A stretch of 64,000 nt of DNA, taken from NCBI GenBank assembly GCA_965261395.1, contig OZ253462.1, forward strand, positions 3,872,001-3,936,000. Reading direction: 5' to 3'. Below the pieces are notes generated by a model that was given only the letters and a program-made list of their open reading frames with translations, had not been told where the DNA came from and ran no database searches. A program made the position numbers and the translations under genes. This document shows positions 52,695 to 62,636 of this stretch, piece by piece (position 1 is the first letter of the stretch; the number at the start of each line of letters is the position of its first letter). The DNA is from Candidatus Latescibacterota bacterium (lineage in GTDB: Bacteria > Latescibacterota > UBA2968 > UBA8231).

Positions 52695-54974
52695 TCAATA
52701 GACGACCGATATCGTCCGACCGACGGTCTCACTGCGCGCATCCCCCTCCAACTCCATCCGCAGGAGGTAGATCCCCGGCGACACTAGTCGGCCTTCTCCA
52801 TCCCGGCCGTCCCAGACAAACCCCTGCGCGCCGGCCATCGCCTCCCGGTCGATTTCCCGCATCAGCCGGCCCGACAGATCGAAAACCCGCAGTTGTAGAG
52901 GCCGGTTTTCCAGCACGTTCACTAGGTCCAGAGCGATTTCGAGTTGGTCGTTGGCGCCGTCGCCATTGGGGGTGAGCACTGTGGGGCCAATAACTAAGTT
53001 GGCCAACAGATCGCGGCTCACTGGCAGGCTCACCACGTTGGTGCTGCTCTCCACCGCGTCCGTGGCATCGCCCGGATCCACCCGCTGCCGCGCCGAAAGA
53101 TTCCCATCTCCGAGGAAGAGGTCAAAACGCGTGGCCTGCAGGAAGACCGCAGCGGCAAATCGCAGTTCCACCAGATCATCGCTGCGGATCGGGTCTGGAA
53201 AAACCGCTCGAAAACCGGAAGGCGTGGCTTCAGTCTCGACCTCCACCAGCTCTCCATTCAGGTATGCCTCCTGGAAGAGCACCTCTGTGGATGCCTCCAT
53301 CTCTACTCGATCAAAGCCGCTGGCGCGCGTCTCTTGGGATTTCAAGTAATAGGTGAAGTCAATCCATTCTCCTGGCTGCACCTCGACCGGATAGATTTCT
53401 CCGGCCGTGGTATTCGCCAGCGGCGCTGAGAAATCCAGCTCCAGCCAGTCCAGCGTAGCTGCCGCCTGCGGCGTGTCGCTGACTAGGCGCATATCTAGCT
53501 CTACATAGCGTCGCAAGGATGGCGAGAGGAACCTTTCCCCGCCTGGCCGATAGACCCGGCTCCACGGACTCCATCCCTCACCGACGGTGAATACCGTGTC
53601 CACGGGTCCTTTGAAACTGGGTATCAGTTTGTTGTATTTCCTCTCCGTGACCACCTTCCCATCCTTGTCGTGGTAGGTGATCTGCGCCTTGAGGTGATTG
53701 CCCGCGCGACTGCGGATCTCGGCCCTAGTTCCGGGTGGCGTATTCGCTGCCCAGCGCACGGCCGACACATTCTTCAGCCCCCCCAAGTCGAGTATAGGAG
53801 AGACCAGAGGCAACTCCCGAGGATACCCCTCGCCAAAGACCTGGATTTCACTCACTCTGCCGCGCGCATTGCACGGCCAGGGATCCCACAGGCCCGACTC
53901 CTTGCCGCACACCGAATCCCAATACCTCCAGAAGACCCGCAAGTAGCGCACCGGACTCAGCGTGAAGTGGTGATCGACAAAAGGAATATTGGCGCGCTCG
54001 CTGTAGGGAAAAGTGCCCGAGTAGTGTTTATTCCATCTGAGGGTGCCGTCCGGTGACAGCGAGCCGTCCGAGGTCATGAACTCGTAGAACTGAAAGTCAA
54101 AGGTATAGGACCCGCCGATCCCCTGTATGCCGACCAGCCGCGTCTGGTCAACCCAGAACGTCGCTCCCAGGTCCAGGGTCATCATAGAGTTGACATCGCT
54201 GGGGCCGCGCTGGTGTCGCGACTGCCTCAGCCCGCTGGCCAGATTGCCATCCACCATGAGCTGAGCATTGCTCACGACTGTCTTGGCGTTTGGATTTGAA
54301 AGGTTCAGGATGACCTCGAGTGCGCCACCGCGCTCCAGCAATCCTAGGACCATGTTGTCCCCCATAGCCTCCACCTGCACCTCCACGAGCCGGGCCTGCG
54401 GCACGTAGTGCAGTACCTCGAAGCGCAGAAACTGCATTAGCTGCGATCTCGCCCGCTCCAACACGAAGTGCACTTCGCGTCGGTCGTTGCCCCTGAAGCG
54501 ATCTCTGGTGCGATACACTAGAGAGCCAGGTATGGGGACGCCAACTTGGTCAACCTCGGGTTCTCCGTCGGACAGGAATACCTCGAACAGATCCATGGGT
54601 GGGGCCGCCTCGTCGAAGATCAGGATCACGCGCCGGGCGGAAATCCCCCTGCCCAGATCCACTTCCAGCCACCAGTCCTCAGCAGGATCGGTCGGGTCCG
54701 GGCCCCAGCCACTTTGGCGATCGCCGTCCAATACCAGAGATGCATCCGGCAAATTGGAGCCGGCTGCTCTGATGCCGCCGCCGAAATCAGCGGCGTTGAG
54801 CGTCGCCTTGATCCCCTTGCGGCTTTCAACCGGTCGCAGCCGTCCGTCCGGGGTGATCTCCACGGCTCCGGTCGGCACCTTCCAGGACTGCCATTCCCGC
54901 GCGGTGTCGAAGCGGACCTGATCGGCTGACAGAGCCCAGGGGATTAGCATTCCCGTACATGCCATCCGAGACAC
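52695..54974 (-). CDS. Secreted FlgD-Ig-tail protein (paralog of 7256-9604); start uncertain
   Basis: RFDT..EW, W..VDLGR, LDLGATFW, TPNGDG..WDGRD..G.Y; the ORF extension to 55139 is a foreign fragment. Confidence 0.75.
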   Translation of the reverse strand: MSRMACTGMLIPWALSADQVRFDTAREWQSWKVPTGAVEITPDGRLRPVESRKGIKATLNAADFGGGIRAAGSNLPDASLVLDGDRQSGWGPDPTDPAEDWWLEVDLGRGISARRVILIFDEAAPPMDLFEVFLSDGEPEVDQVGVPIPGSLVYRTRDRFRGNDRREVHFVLERARSQLMQFLRFEVLHYVPQARLVEVQVEAMGDNMVLGLLERGGALEVILNLSNPNAKTVVSNAQLMVDGNLASGLRQSRHQRGPSDVNSMMTLDLGATFWVDQTRLVGIQGIGGSYTFDFQFYEFMTSDGSLSPDGTLRWNKHYSGTFPYSERANIPFVDHHFTLSPVRYLRVFWRYWDSVCGKESGLWDPWPCNARGRVSEIQVFGEGYPRELPLVSPILDLGGLKNVSAVRWAANTPPGTRAEIRSRAGNHLKAQITYHDKDGKVVTERKYNKLIPSFKGPVDTVFTVGEGWSPWSRVYRPGGERFLSPSLRRYVELDMRLVSDTPQAAATLDWLELDFSAPLANTTAGEIYPVEVQPGEWIDFTYYLKSQETRASGFDRVEMEASTEVLFQEAYLNGELVEVETEATPSGFRAVFPDPIRSDDLVELRFAAAVFLQATRFDLFLGDGNLSARQRVDPGDATDAVESSTNVVSLPVSRDLLANLVIGPTVLTPNGDGANDQLEIALDLVNVLENRPLQLRVFDLSGRLMREIDREAMAGAQGFVWDGRDGEGRLVSPGIYLLRMELEGDARSETVGRTISVVY

Positions 54975-55009
54975 GCGGCGAATCTTTGCGAAGGTCTTGC
55001 CGATGCTGC

Positions 55010-55165
55010 GCTCATCGCTCTTGCATTCGACGGCGAATTCCGGGCAGTCGTCGCGCAGCACGACGAAATCGACTTCGCGACTGTTCATATCGCGGAGGAA
55101 ACGGAGACCCATCGCATACCCCTGAGTGTCTTCGACCAAGTGGTAGTATTTCAGCAGATGCTCGG
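55010..55165 (-). pseudogene. C-terminal DUF4143 fragment of an AAA ATPase, fused in frame to the FlgD gene
   Basis: HLLKYYHLVEDTQG..LRFLRD...REVDFVV......AVECK; compare WRTKSGREVDFVL..IEVK in 55353-56504. Confidence 0.65.
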
Positions 55166-55292
55166 CCCCATGTGCTCAAAGCGAGCTTCGGGAACATCAT
55201 ACTAACGAATGGGATCCCATCCAAATTATTTTTGGTCAAGTAACACATAATTTCATCATGTCAGTGCAAGCCCCATCGGCATAGCAGTTCGC

Positions 55293-55340
55293 TTGACAGA
55301 CAGGCGTTAAGTAACATTATTTGGAAGTAATAATTCCAAA
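55293..55340 (+). promoter_or_regulatory. Putative promoter and inverted repeat upstream of the AAA ATPase
   Basis: TTGACA at 55293; tttggaa-gtaataa-ttccaaa at 55320-55340. Confidence 0.4.
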
Positions 55341-55352
55341 AAAGAAGAAAAA

Positions 55353-56504
55353 ATGGAAATAAAGAGGCGATTTTTCCAGGCATCGGAGACCAGCTTCTTT
55401 CTCTTTGGCCCTCGCGGTACAGGCAAATCGACTTGGCTGCATGCTCATTTGCAGGACGCCTTGCTCGTGGATCTGCTCGCTCCAGAGACGTATCGGCTCT
55501 ACGCGGCCCGTCCCGAACGACTGCGCGAGCTTATCGCCGGCAATCCCGCCAAGGACACCCTCATCATCGACGAGGTGCAGAAGCTCCCCGAGTTGCTCGA
55601 CGTGGTCCACCAGCTCATTGAGCAGCACCGATCGCTCAGGTTCGTCCTCACCGGCTCCAGCGCGAGAAAACTGAAGCGCACCGGAATTGACCTACTGGCT
55701 GGCCGCGCTGTGCTCAAGACCATGCACCCGTTTATGGCTGCTGAACTGGGGGCTGCTTTTGACCTAGAGCGTGCTCTGCGCTTTGGTCTTGTGCCCTTGG
55801 TCGTGGACTCAGCATCTCCTGCAGAGGCGCTCGGCGCGTATGCCGCCCTTTACCTGCGAGAAGAAGTTCAGATGGAGGGTTTGGTCCGCAATGTCGGCAA
55901 CTTCTCGCGCTTTTTAGAAGCCATCAGCTTTTCTCATGGATCAGTGCTGAGTGTTTCCGCGGTCGCTAGGGAGTGCCACGTCGAGCGGAAAACCGTCGAG
56001 GGGTACATCGACATTCTGGAAGATTTGTTGTTGTGTTTTCGGGTACCGGTGTTTGCCAAGCGGGCCAAAAGGCATCTGATCGTCCATCCTAAATTCTACT
56101 TCTTTGATGCTGGCGTCTTCAAATCGCTGCGGCCGTCCGGACCGCTCGATCGCCCCGAAGAAATACACGGCAGCGCCCTAGAGGGGCTGGTGGCTCAGCA
56201 TCTGCGGGCTTGGAACGCGTACGGCGGCGAGCACTATACCCTGTTCTTCTGGCGCACCAAGTCGGGGAGAGAGGTCGATTTTGTCCTCTACGGGCCGGAA
56301 GGCTTTTGGGCCATAGAAGTCAAAAACACCCGCACCATCCGCCCAAGCGATCTCAACAGCCTGCGCGCTTTCAAACAAGACTATCCCGAAGCCGAGGTGC
56401 GTTTGCTGTATAGGGGAGATGAGCGGGTCGAGATACAGAAAATACGCTGCCTGCCCTGCGACGAATTTTTGCAAGAGCTGGTACCGGGCCGACCTTTGCT
56501 ATGA
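55353..56504 (+). CDS. AAA_14 ATPase with DUF4143 domain
   Basis: GPRGTGKST, IIDEVQK, LTGSS, KFYFFD.G, EVDF..IEVK. Confidence 0.9.
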   Translation: MEIKRRFFQASETSFFLFGPRGTGKSTWLHAHLQDALLVDLLAPETYRLYAARPERLRELIAGNPAKDTLIIDEVQKLPELLDVVHQLIEQHRSLRFVLTGSSARKLKRTGIDLLAGRAVLKTMHPFMAAELGAAFDLERALRFGLVPLVVDSASPAEALGAYAALYLREEVQMEGLVRNVGNFSRFLEAISFSHGSVLSVSAVARECHVERKTVEGYIDILEDLLLCFRVPVFAKRAKRHLIVHPKFYFFDAGVFKSLRPSGPLDRPEEIHGSALEGLVAQHLRAWNAYGGEHYTLFFWRTKSGREVDFVLYGPEGFWAIEVKNTRTIRPSDLNSLRAFKQDYPEAEVRLLYRGDERVEIQKIRCLPCDEFLQELVPGRPLL

Positions 56505-56553
56505 GGGGTTTTGCCGACCAACCTATTTAGCCTTTAACGCAGGAGTTTGCACG

Positions 56554-57447
56554 ATGACCGATTCCGCCTACCGCATCGCCCCGTCTGGCTTTACCGACGA
56601 CGAGTGGGAAACCTTCAACCGCGAGGGGATCCTCTTCTTTGAAGATGCCCTCGATCAGGAGGCGCTCGACGAACTCGCCGCCGCCGTCGATCGCGTCTGC
56701 CAATCCAGCCCCAAATACCGGGCGGGGGAGACCTTCGGCTGCGAGAATATCGTCGAGCGCGATCCCGCCTTTGCCGCGCTGATTGATCACCCCCGCCACA
56801 TTGGCTACGCCTACGACCTCTTTGGCGAATTGCTCAAGCTGCATCAGAGCCAGTTTTTTATTCGTCCGCCCGGCGGCGACCGCTACAATATCTGGCATCC
56901 CGACGGTGCCCGCGCTGTGCCGTACGGCACCTTCTCGCCCGATTTGCCGCTGCAAATCAAGATCGGCTTGTGGCTGACCGACCTGCCGCAGGCGAAAATG
57001 GGCAACCTAGTGGTCCTGCCCGGCAGCCACCGCAAGCAATACGTCGATGAGTACGACAGCCACGAGCCGATTCCCGGCGAGAAGGTAGTCTGCCTGCGCA
57101 AGGGCACCATGACCGTCATGCACTCGAGCATTTGGCATCGCGTTGAGCCTAACGAGAGCGACGTGGTGCGCAAGAATATCTTCTACGCCTACTGTCCGGC
57201 TTGGATCACCCCAGCCGATCGCGTCCAGTCCGACCCCGCTTGGCTTGAGACGCTCAACCGCGAGCAGCGCATCATCATGCGTTCCTACACCAACGCTTAT
57301 CACAACGCCAAACCCCCGGCCTCTGACTTCCCGCTCTTCCTCGACCGCGAGACCGGCTTAGACCGCGACCCCGACGCCTACCGCGATGAGGTCGCGTTGC
57401 ACCGCCGCAAGCGTCGCACTTGGGCCGAGCGCAAGCGATCCGCTTAG
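56554..57447 (+). CDS. PhyH-family dioxygenase
   Basis: WHPD, VLPGSH, WHR..PN.S...RK. Confidence 0.88.
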   Translation: MTDSAYRIAPSGFTDDEWETFNREGILFFEDALDQEALDELAAAVDRVCQSSPKYRAGETFGCENIVERDPAFAALIDHPRHIGYAYDLFGELLKLHQSQFFIRPPGGDRYNIWHPDGARAVPYGTFSPDLPLQIKIGLWLTDLPQAKMGNLVVLPGSHRKQYVDEYDSHEPIPGEKVVCLRKGTMTVMHSSIWHRVEPNESDVVRKNIFYAYCPAWITPADRVQSDPAWLETLNREQRIIMRSYTNAYHNAKPPASDFPLFLDRETGLDRDPDAYRDEVALHRRKRRTWAERKRSA

Positions 57448-58250
57448 GCTTCGGCCCGTTTTTCAAACAGCCACATCCCGAACCCCATGGACGCTAGTCC
57501 GACGAGGATTGAGTACGCGGGGAACATGAAACCGATCTCAAAGGACTCCGAGTCCATGTCCACCTGTAAGCCTTGAGCGGTGGATTCAATCCAGAACGGC
57601 ACTTCGTAGGTGCCGAACAGCTCGGGTAGGGAGAGCACCTCGGGCAGCGTGCTGAAATAGCAGTACAGCACGAAGATGGCGAATGCCGCAGACGCGAGGC
57701 CGGCAAAGCGCCGCACTACCAATCTCAGGCCGGCAACACCGCCGGCAATGCCCAGCATCACCGCCATCGCCGACAGGTAGAACGTGCCGCTGAGAACTAG
57801 GATGTCCATTGCGGTGAGTGGGGCAATGCGTATCTCCGCTACGCGGGTTGCGAACTCGCGCAATTCGCCGACAACGATGATGAAACCAGCGCTGCTCAAC
57901 GCGAATAAGACGATGCCGAGCGTCGCCACAGCTGCAGCCTTGGCTGCAAATATCTGCGTGCGCGATACCGGCAGGGAGAGGAGCAGATAATGGGTCTGCC
58001 CTTTCACTTCTTGGGCGAACGAGTGGCTGAGCAAGAAGGGCAGGATCAGCAGCACCCCGTAAGGCACCACGCTCCACAGGAAGTGGGGCGAGAAGTTCTC
58101 CCCCTGCATATCGGACGACCACACGTCGATGCTGGATTCTAGCGACCATACCGCAACGATCTCCAGAAAGGCCGTCATCGCCACCAGCAAGATGAACAGG
58201 GTGCGGTTGTCTTTCAGTTCTTTTATATACAGCGTTTTCCAAGTATTCAC
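57444..58250 (-). CDS. ABC-2 type permease
   Basis: Six hydrophobic segments; LLSLPVSR..I..AK. Confidence 0.8.
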   Translation of the reverse strand: MNTWKTLYIKELKDNRTLFILLVAMTAFLEIVAVWSLESSIDVWSSDMQGENFSPHFLWSVVPYGVLLILPFLLSHSFAQEVKGQTHYLLLSLPVSRTQIFAAKAAAVATLGIVLFALSSAGFIIVVGELREFATRVAEIRIAPLTAMDILVLSGTFYLSAMAVMLGIAGGVAGLRLVVRRFAGLASAAFAIFVLYCYFSTLPEVLSLPELFGTYEVPFWIESTAQGLQVDMDSESFEIGFMFPAYSILVGLASMGFGMWLFEKRAEA

Positions 58251-58936
58251 GTTACCACCTCCTCGAAAATGTCGCTGAGCGACATACCGCGATTTTGCCT
58301 CAATTCTTCGACGTTGCCGCTGACAGCAATCTCGCCGTGGCGCAGAAAGACCACTTCTTCTATCAGCTCTTCCACCTCGCTGACGAGATGGGTCGATAGC
58401 AGAATCGTCTGCTCCCCGGCGCGAAACTCACTGAGCAGGGTCTCCAGGATGCGTCGGCGCGACGGCGGATCGATCCGTCCCAGCGGCTCGTCCATGAGCA
58501 CCAACTCACTTGGCCGCGAAAAGGCGGATACCACCTTCAACCGCGCCCGCTGACCCTCGGACAGGGTGCCAATTTTCCGGTGGCTATCGACGTTCATCAG
58601 GCCGAGCAGTTCGCGGGATTTGTCCATGTCCCAGCCTGGAAAGAACTCGGCTAGGAATTCGAGCTGCTCGCTGACGCCCATCCAGTCGTAAAACGGATTG
58701 ACCTCGGGCAGGTACGAAGTGATGCGGCGCGTTTCTACGCCGACCGGCTGGCCCGAGATACTGGCGCTGCCTTCGCTGGCGTGAGCGACGCCGGCGAGGA
58801 TTTTGAAGAGCGTGCTCTTGCCGCTCCCATTTTCGCCGAGAATGCCCATTACCCGGCCTTTTTCGACGGTTAGGGAGATGCCCCCCAAGGCCGTCACGCC
58901 GGCGTATCGCTTCCACAGGTTCCTTACTTCTATCAT
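58247..58936 (-). CDS. ABC transporter ATP-binding protein (YtrB-like)
   Basis: GENGSGKST, LSEGQ, MDEP, STH. Confidence 0.9.
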   Translation of the reverse strand: MIEVRNLWKRYAGVTALGGISLTVEKGRVMGILGENGSGKSTLFKILAGVAHASEGSASISGQPVGVETRRITSYLPEVNPFYDWMGVSEQLEFLAEFFPGWDMDKSRELLGLMNVDSHRKIGTLSEGQRARLKVVSAFSRPSELVLMDEPLGRIDPPSRRRILETLLSEFRAGEQTILLSTHLVSEVEELIEEVVFLRHGEIAVSGNVEELRQNRGMSLSDIFEEVVT

Positions 58937-59304
58937 AGCTTCACCTCCTCTAAGATTTCGCGCAGCAGGTCGTCGATTTGGTCGGGGGAGAGCGCCAAGT
59001 CGCGGATCTCCACGACAAAGCGGTCGCGCGCAGCCCCGGCTAGGGCGCGGCGCTCGCTGTCGATGCGTTTGGCGCTCTTGGTTATCGACGATCCCTCGCC
59101 GCGTCGCGTGGTTATGAATCCTTCGCGCTCCAGTTCCATATAGGCTCTGGACATGGTATTGGGGTTCACGCCCATCTCCTTGGCCATTTCTCGCACCGAC
59201 GGCAAAGGGCCGCCGGGCTGATAGACCCCTTGGACGGTGCGCTTTTTCACCGCCTCGATGATCTGCAGATAGATGGGGCGGGTGGGATCAAAATCGAGCG
59301 GCAT
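58933..59304 (-). CDS. GntR-family (YtrA-like) regulator
   Basis: PIYLQI, LPSVRE.A....VNPNT..RAY.ELE.EG; RBS aaggag before ATG 59304. Confidence 0.9.
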   Translation of the reverse strand: MPLDFDPTRPIYLQIIEAVKKRTVQGVYQPGGPLPSVREMAKEMGVNPNTMSRAYMELEREGFITTRRGEGSSITKSAKRIDSERRALAGAARDRFVVEIRDLALSPDQIDDLLREILEEVKL

Positions 59305-59354
59305 CTTATTACTCCTTTCTAGTGGTGGGTTCATTTATTGTTCTATTGTATCAG

Positions 59355-59374
59355 TGTTCTATCTACATAGTACA
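59355..59374. promoter_or_regulatory. YtrA-type operator palindrome
   Basis: tgttcta-N6-tagtaca directly upstream of the GntR gene. Confidence 0.6.
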
Positions 59375-59475
59375 ATATTATTGTGGGCAAATCAAGAGTT
59401 TTTTTGCGGCGGCTTCTCCCGCTCGGAGGGGCATTTTATATATTGTTATTTATTATGGACTTGCGGAGATTTTGC

Positions 59476-59509
59476 AGCGTAGGGGCGACCGGCCGGTCGC
59501 CCCTACGCT
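59476..59509. repeat. GTAG-family REP-like perfect palindrome (34 bp)
   Basis: agcgtaggggcgaccgg|ccggtcgcccctacgct; overlaps the stop of the threonine synthase-like gene. Confidence 0.75.
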
Positions 59510-60639
59510 AACAACTCGCCGATGGGTTGGGCCGCCTTCAGACCGTGACCCGAAAGCACGGCCACGATCCGCTGACCCGGCTCCACCAGACCGGCGGCCC
59601 GGGCTTGGCGCAGGCCATCCCAGATCACAGCCGAAGTAGGCTCCACGCAAAAACCGGCCCGGCCCAACTGGCGCAGGCCCCGGACTATGGCCTCTTCGGA
59701 GACGGCGACTACAGTACCTGCTGACTGGCGCAAGGCGTTGATGACTTCGCGGTCTCTAACCGGGCGGGGTAGGGCAATGCCCTCGGCCCGGGTGGGGCGC
59801 GGAGAAGCGGCGGGGGCGACCACTTCCAAGCCGGCGTGAAAGGCCTGGAACAGCGGCGAGACGCGCTCGGCCTGTACGGCAATGAGGCGCGGCAGGTGAT
59901 CGACCAGCCCGGCCCGCTGCAAATCGACAAAGCCGCGGTATAGGCCCAGCAAGATGCTGCCGGCCCCGACCGGACAGACCACTGCGTCGGGCGCGGTCCA
60001 GTCGAGTTGCTCGGCCAGTTCAAAGGCCAGGGTTTTGAGGCCTTCTATAAAGAGGGGGTGCCATAGGTGCGAGGCATACACGGCTCCAGTGCGGTCCATG
60101 TATTCGAGCAGGGCCTCGGTGGCCCGGGGGCGTGGGCCTTCCACTGCAACCAGTTCGGCACCGTACAGGCGGATCTGCACCAGTTTGCCCGCCGAGGCCG
60201 CAGCTGGACAAAAGACTTTGAGGCGCATCTTGGCGCGGGCTGCGTACGCGGCTAGGGCGGCCCCGGCGTTGCCCGAGGAGTCCTCTACTGCTTCCTCTAT
60301 GCCCAAGGCGTGCAAATAGCTCATGAGCAGGGCGGCCCCGCGGTCTTTGTACGAGCCGGTGGGCAGGGTGTGGTCGCATTTGGCCAGGACCGTCATACCC
60401 TCCAGATCAAAGGGGATTAGGGGGGTGCGGGCCTCGCCCAGAGAGACGGGATTGCCCACCGGGGGTAGGGCTTCGCGGAAGCGCCACATATCCGCGGGAC
60501 GGGCGGTGATCTGGTCGCGGGGGAAGGTCGGGGTGGGGTACCGGCATTCGAGGGGTGCGTCGCAGGCGAGGCAGCGGTAGGGAGCCGGGACTTGGGGATA
60601 GGGGGTCTGGCAGGCGGAGCAGTGGAAAGTGAGAGCCAT
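59503..60639 (-). CDS. thrC: Threonine synthase-like PLP enzyme
   Basis: N-terminal CxxC..CxxC; SLGE..TPL; PTGSYKDRG; DSSGNAG; EPTSA; GHGLK. Confidence 0.75.
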   Translation of the reverse strand: MALTFHCSACQTPYPQVPAPYRCLACDAPLECRYPTPTFPRDQITARPADMWRFREALPPVGNPVSLGEARTPLIPFDLEGMTVLAKCDHTLPTGSYKDRGAALLMSYLHALGIEEAVEDSSGNAGAALAAYAARAKMRLKVFCPAAASAGKLVQIRLYGAELVAVEGPRPRATEALLEYMDRTGAVYASHLWHPLFIEGLKTLAFELAEQLDWTAPDAVVCPVGAGSILLGLYRGFVDLQRAGLVDHLPRLIAVQAERVSPLFQAFHAGLEVVAPAASPRPTRAEGIALPRPVRDREVINALRQSAGTVVAVSEEAIVRGLRQLGRAGFCVEPTSAVIWDGLRQARAAGLVEPGQRIVAVLSGHGLKAAQPIGELLA

Positions 60640-60776
60640 GGGTGAATTGGGGATTGGCAGTGTGTGCTGCCGCGACTATCGGTTCTAAGCGGCTAGGATT
60701 ACTTTAAAATTTACGCCTTTTCACAATAATATACCACGTGATGTTTTAGTAGAATTCTTACTTGGAGGACATACCG

Positions 60777-62615
60777 ATGGCCGCCGACGTGCAAGACCTT
60801 GAACCCACTTGGGCCCACCGCACCGACGATGTTGACACCAAGGTCGAGATTCTGCGGCGGGCGCTGCGCACAGGGAACCACGAGCTGGCTCTGGGCGTGG
60901 CCGACTCTATCAAGGACACCATCGCCAATGAGCGCATGCTGCGCGCAGACCCGGGGCCTGTCGACCTACCCGCCACTGGGTGGCACCTGACTGAGCAGCT
61001 ACCCAAGCCCTGGTCCCGATGGGCCGACGGTTGGGAGTTGTGCCAGACCGTGCGGCTTAGCGAGCCCATTGGCCAGGCGCGGCAGTCCGAGCCGCTGGAC
61101 CTCCTCGTGGCGATGCCCGCAGAAAGGGTGACCGCACCGGAACGCGAGCTGCGTGTCGCCCGGCTCGACCGCGGTCGGCCGGGCGAGGTTTGCAGCCAAG
61201 TCTATGGCGGGGTCCGTCGCGGTCCATACTGGTTCGCCCACTTGGTCTTCGAGGCCGATGTCCCCGCTGCTGGTCAGGCCGTGTTTCTCATCTTCTGCGG
61301 CAACCCCGCCGCCGAACTGCCCGACTACCCGAGCCGCCTGAGCATCCGGGGAGAGGGTGTCGGTGTGGAGATCGAGACCCCCCACTACGTGGCCGCCCTC
61401 TCCCGGCAGATGGGCCAACTGGAGTCTCTGACACCCAAGTGGCACCGAGGCGGGCTGCGGTTGTCCACGCACGGGAATGGCCACGGCGAGCCACCCAATA
61501 TCGACTGGGCCCACGACTACACCACGGCCGGTGCCTTTCAGAAAATGCGGGTGACAAACTGGGCCGAGTGTCCCCACTACGAAGTGGTGCGCGGTCCCTT
61601 GTGCGCCCGGGTGCGGCGTTTTGGCTTCCCTCACAGTCCAGTACACCCGCTGTTCACGCCCAGCCGCTTTTTCATGGACCTGACCTATACCTTCTACGCC
61701 GGAGTTCCCTATTTCCTGAAGGATGGCCGCATGGAGGCGACGCGCGACTTCTGTGCGCATGTGGCCCGTGATGACGAGTGGTACTTCGGCGGCCGGCCTT
61801 TCGACGCGTCCCTGTGGATGAACGAAGCCGGTCGCGTCCACGAGGGGCCGGTGCCGCCGGAGCAGATCGACCACGTCTGGGGCGTGGGCTTCTATCATCG
61901 TCAGAGTCGGGATAGCCTATTCGCCATCTATCTGGACCATCACCTCGAAGGATCGCCCACTGCCGGCCCGGGTGCGGCGTCAAAAGCCAAGCTCTATCAG
62001 CACCTCGACGTCACCCTCGACCATGCCATGCTGGGCCAGCCGCCGCACGCGTCGGTCTGGTGCCGGCCCATGCTGCGCGACAACGCTTGGCTCCAGACCG
62101 GCTTGTCTCTTGTGCAGCGCAACGCCTACCTGCTGGCCCCGTACCCCGAGCAGGGCGGTGCCGCTGGGCTGGAAGCGCTGCGCGAGCGACTGTTGTCTCC
62201 TCTGATTGTCGCGGTTGAGGTGCCCGCATTTGCGGACTGGAGCGACGAGGCGTCGGAAGGGGGCCAACCCCTGGCTCGTATCGGCGAGCGCCCCGCTGAC
62301 TGGCCGCGGAAGCGCGCTCTGTGGGAAGCCATGCGGGAGGTCCGCGAGGACCAGTTCAACACCGTGGACGCCAGCTTGGTGGACATGGGCTACATCTACG
62401 ACGTGCGCACGCACGGCAACGACGTTCGTGTGGTGATGACGATGCCGCACCGAGGGCGACCGAAGTACGATTTCCTTGCCCAACCACTGCGGGCGCGGCT
62501 GGAACAGGTGCCGGGCGTCCGTTCTGTCGTTGTTGAATTAACCTGGGAGCCGGCTTGGACGCCGAATCGCCTCACGGACGTCGGCCGCCGGCTGATGGGA
62601 CTGGCCGAAGAGTAA
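60777..62615 (+). CDS. Hypothetical protein with a C-terminal DUF59/SufT-like domain
   Basis: RBS ggagg; C-terminal LVDMGYIYDV..V.V.MTM....P..V.VELTWEPAWTP. Confidence 0.75.
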   Translation: MAADVQDLEPTWAHRTDDVDTKVEILRRALRTGNHELALGVADSIKDTIANERMLRADPGPVDLPATGWHLTEQLPKPWSRWADGWELCQTVRLSEPIGQARQSEPLDLLVAMPAERVTAPERELRVARLDRGRPGEVCSQVYGGVRRGPYWFAHLVFEADVPAAGQAVFLIFCGNPAAELPDYPSRLSIRGEGVGVEIETPHYVAALSRQMGQLESLTPKWHRGGLRLSTHGNGHGEPPNIDWAHDYTTAGAFQKMRVTNWAECPHYEVVRGPLCARVRRFGFPHSPVHPLFTPSRFFMDLTYTFYAGVPYFLKDGRMEATRDFCAHVARDDEWYFGGRPFDASLWMNEAGRVHEGPVPPEQIDHVWGVGFYHRQSRDSLFAIYLDHHLEGSPTAGPGAASKAKLYQHLDVTLDHAMLGQPPHASVWCRPMLRDNAWLQTGLSLVQRNAYLLAPYPEQGGAAGLEALRERLLSPLIVAVEVPAFADWSDEASEGGQPLARIGERPADWPRKRALWEAMREVREDQFNTVDASLVDMGYIYDVRTHGNDVRVVMTMPHRGRPKYDFLAQPLRARLEQVPGVRSVVVELTWEPAWTPNRLTDVGRRLMGLAEE

Positions 62616-62636
62616 GAAAGGGGCGGGTCGAAAACC

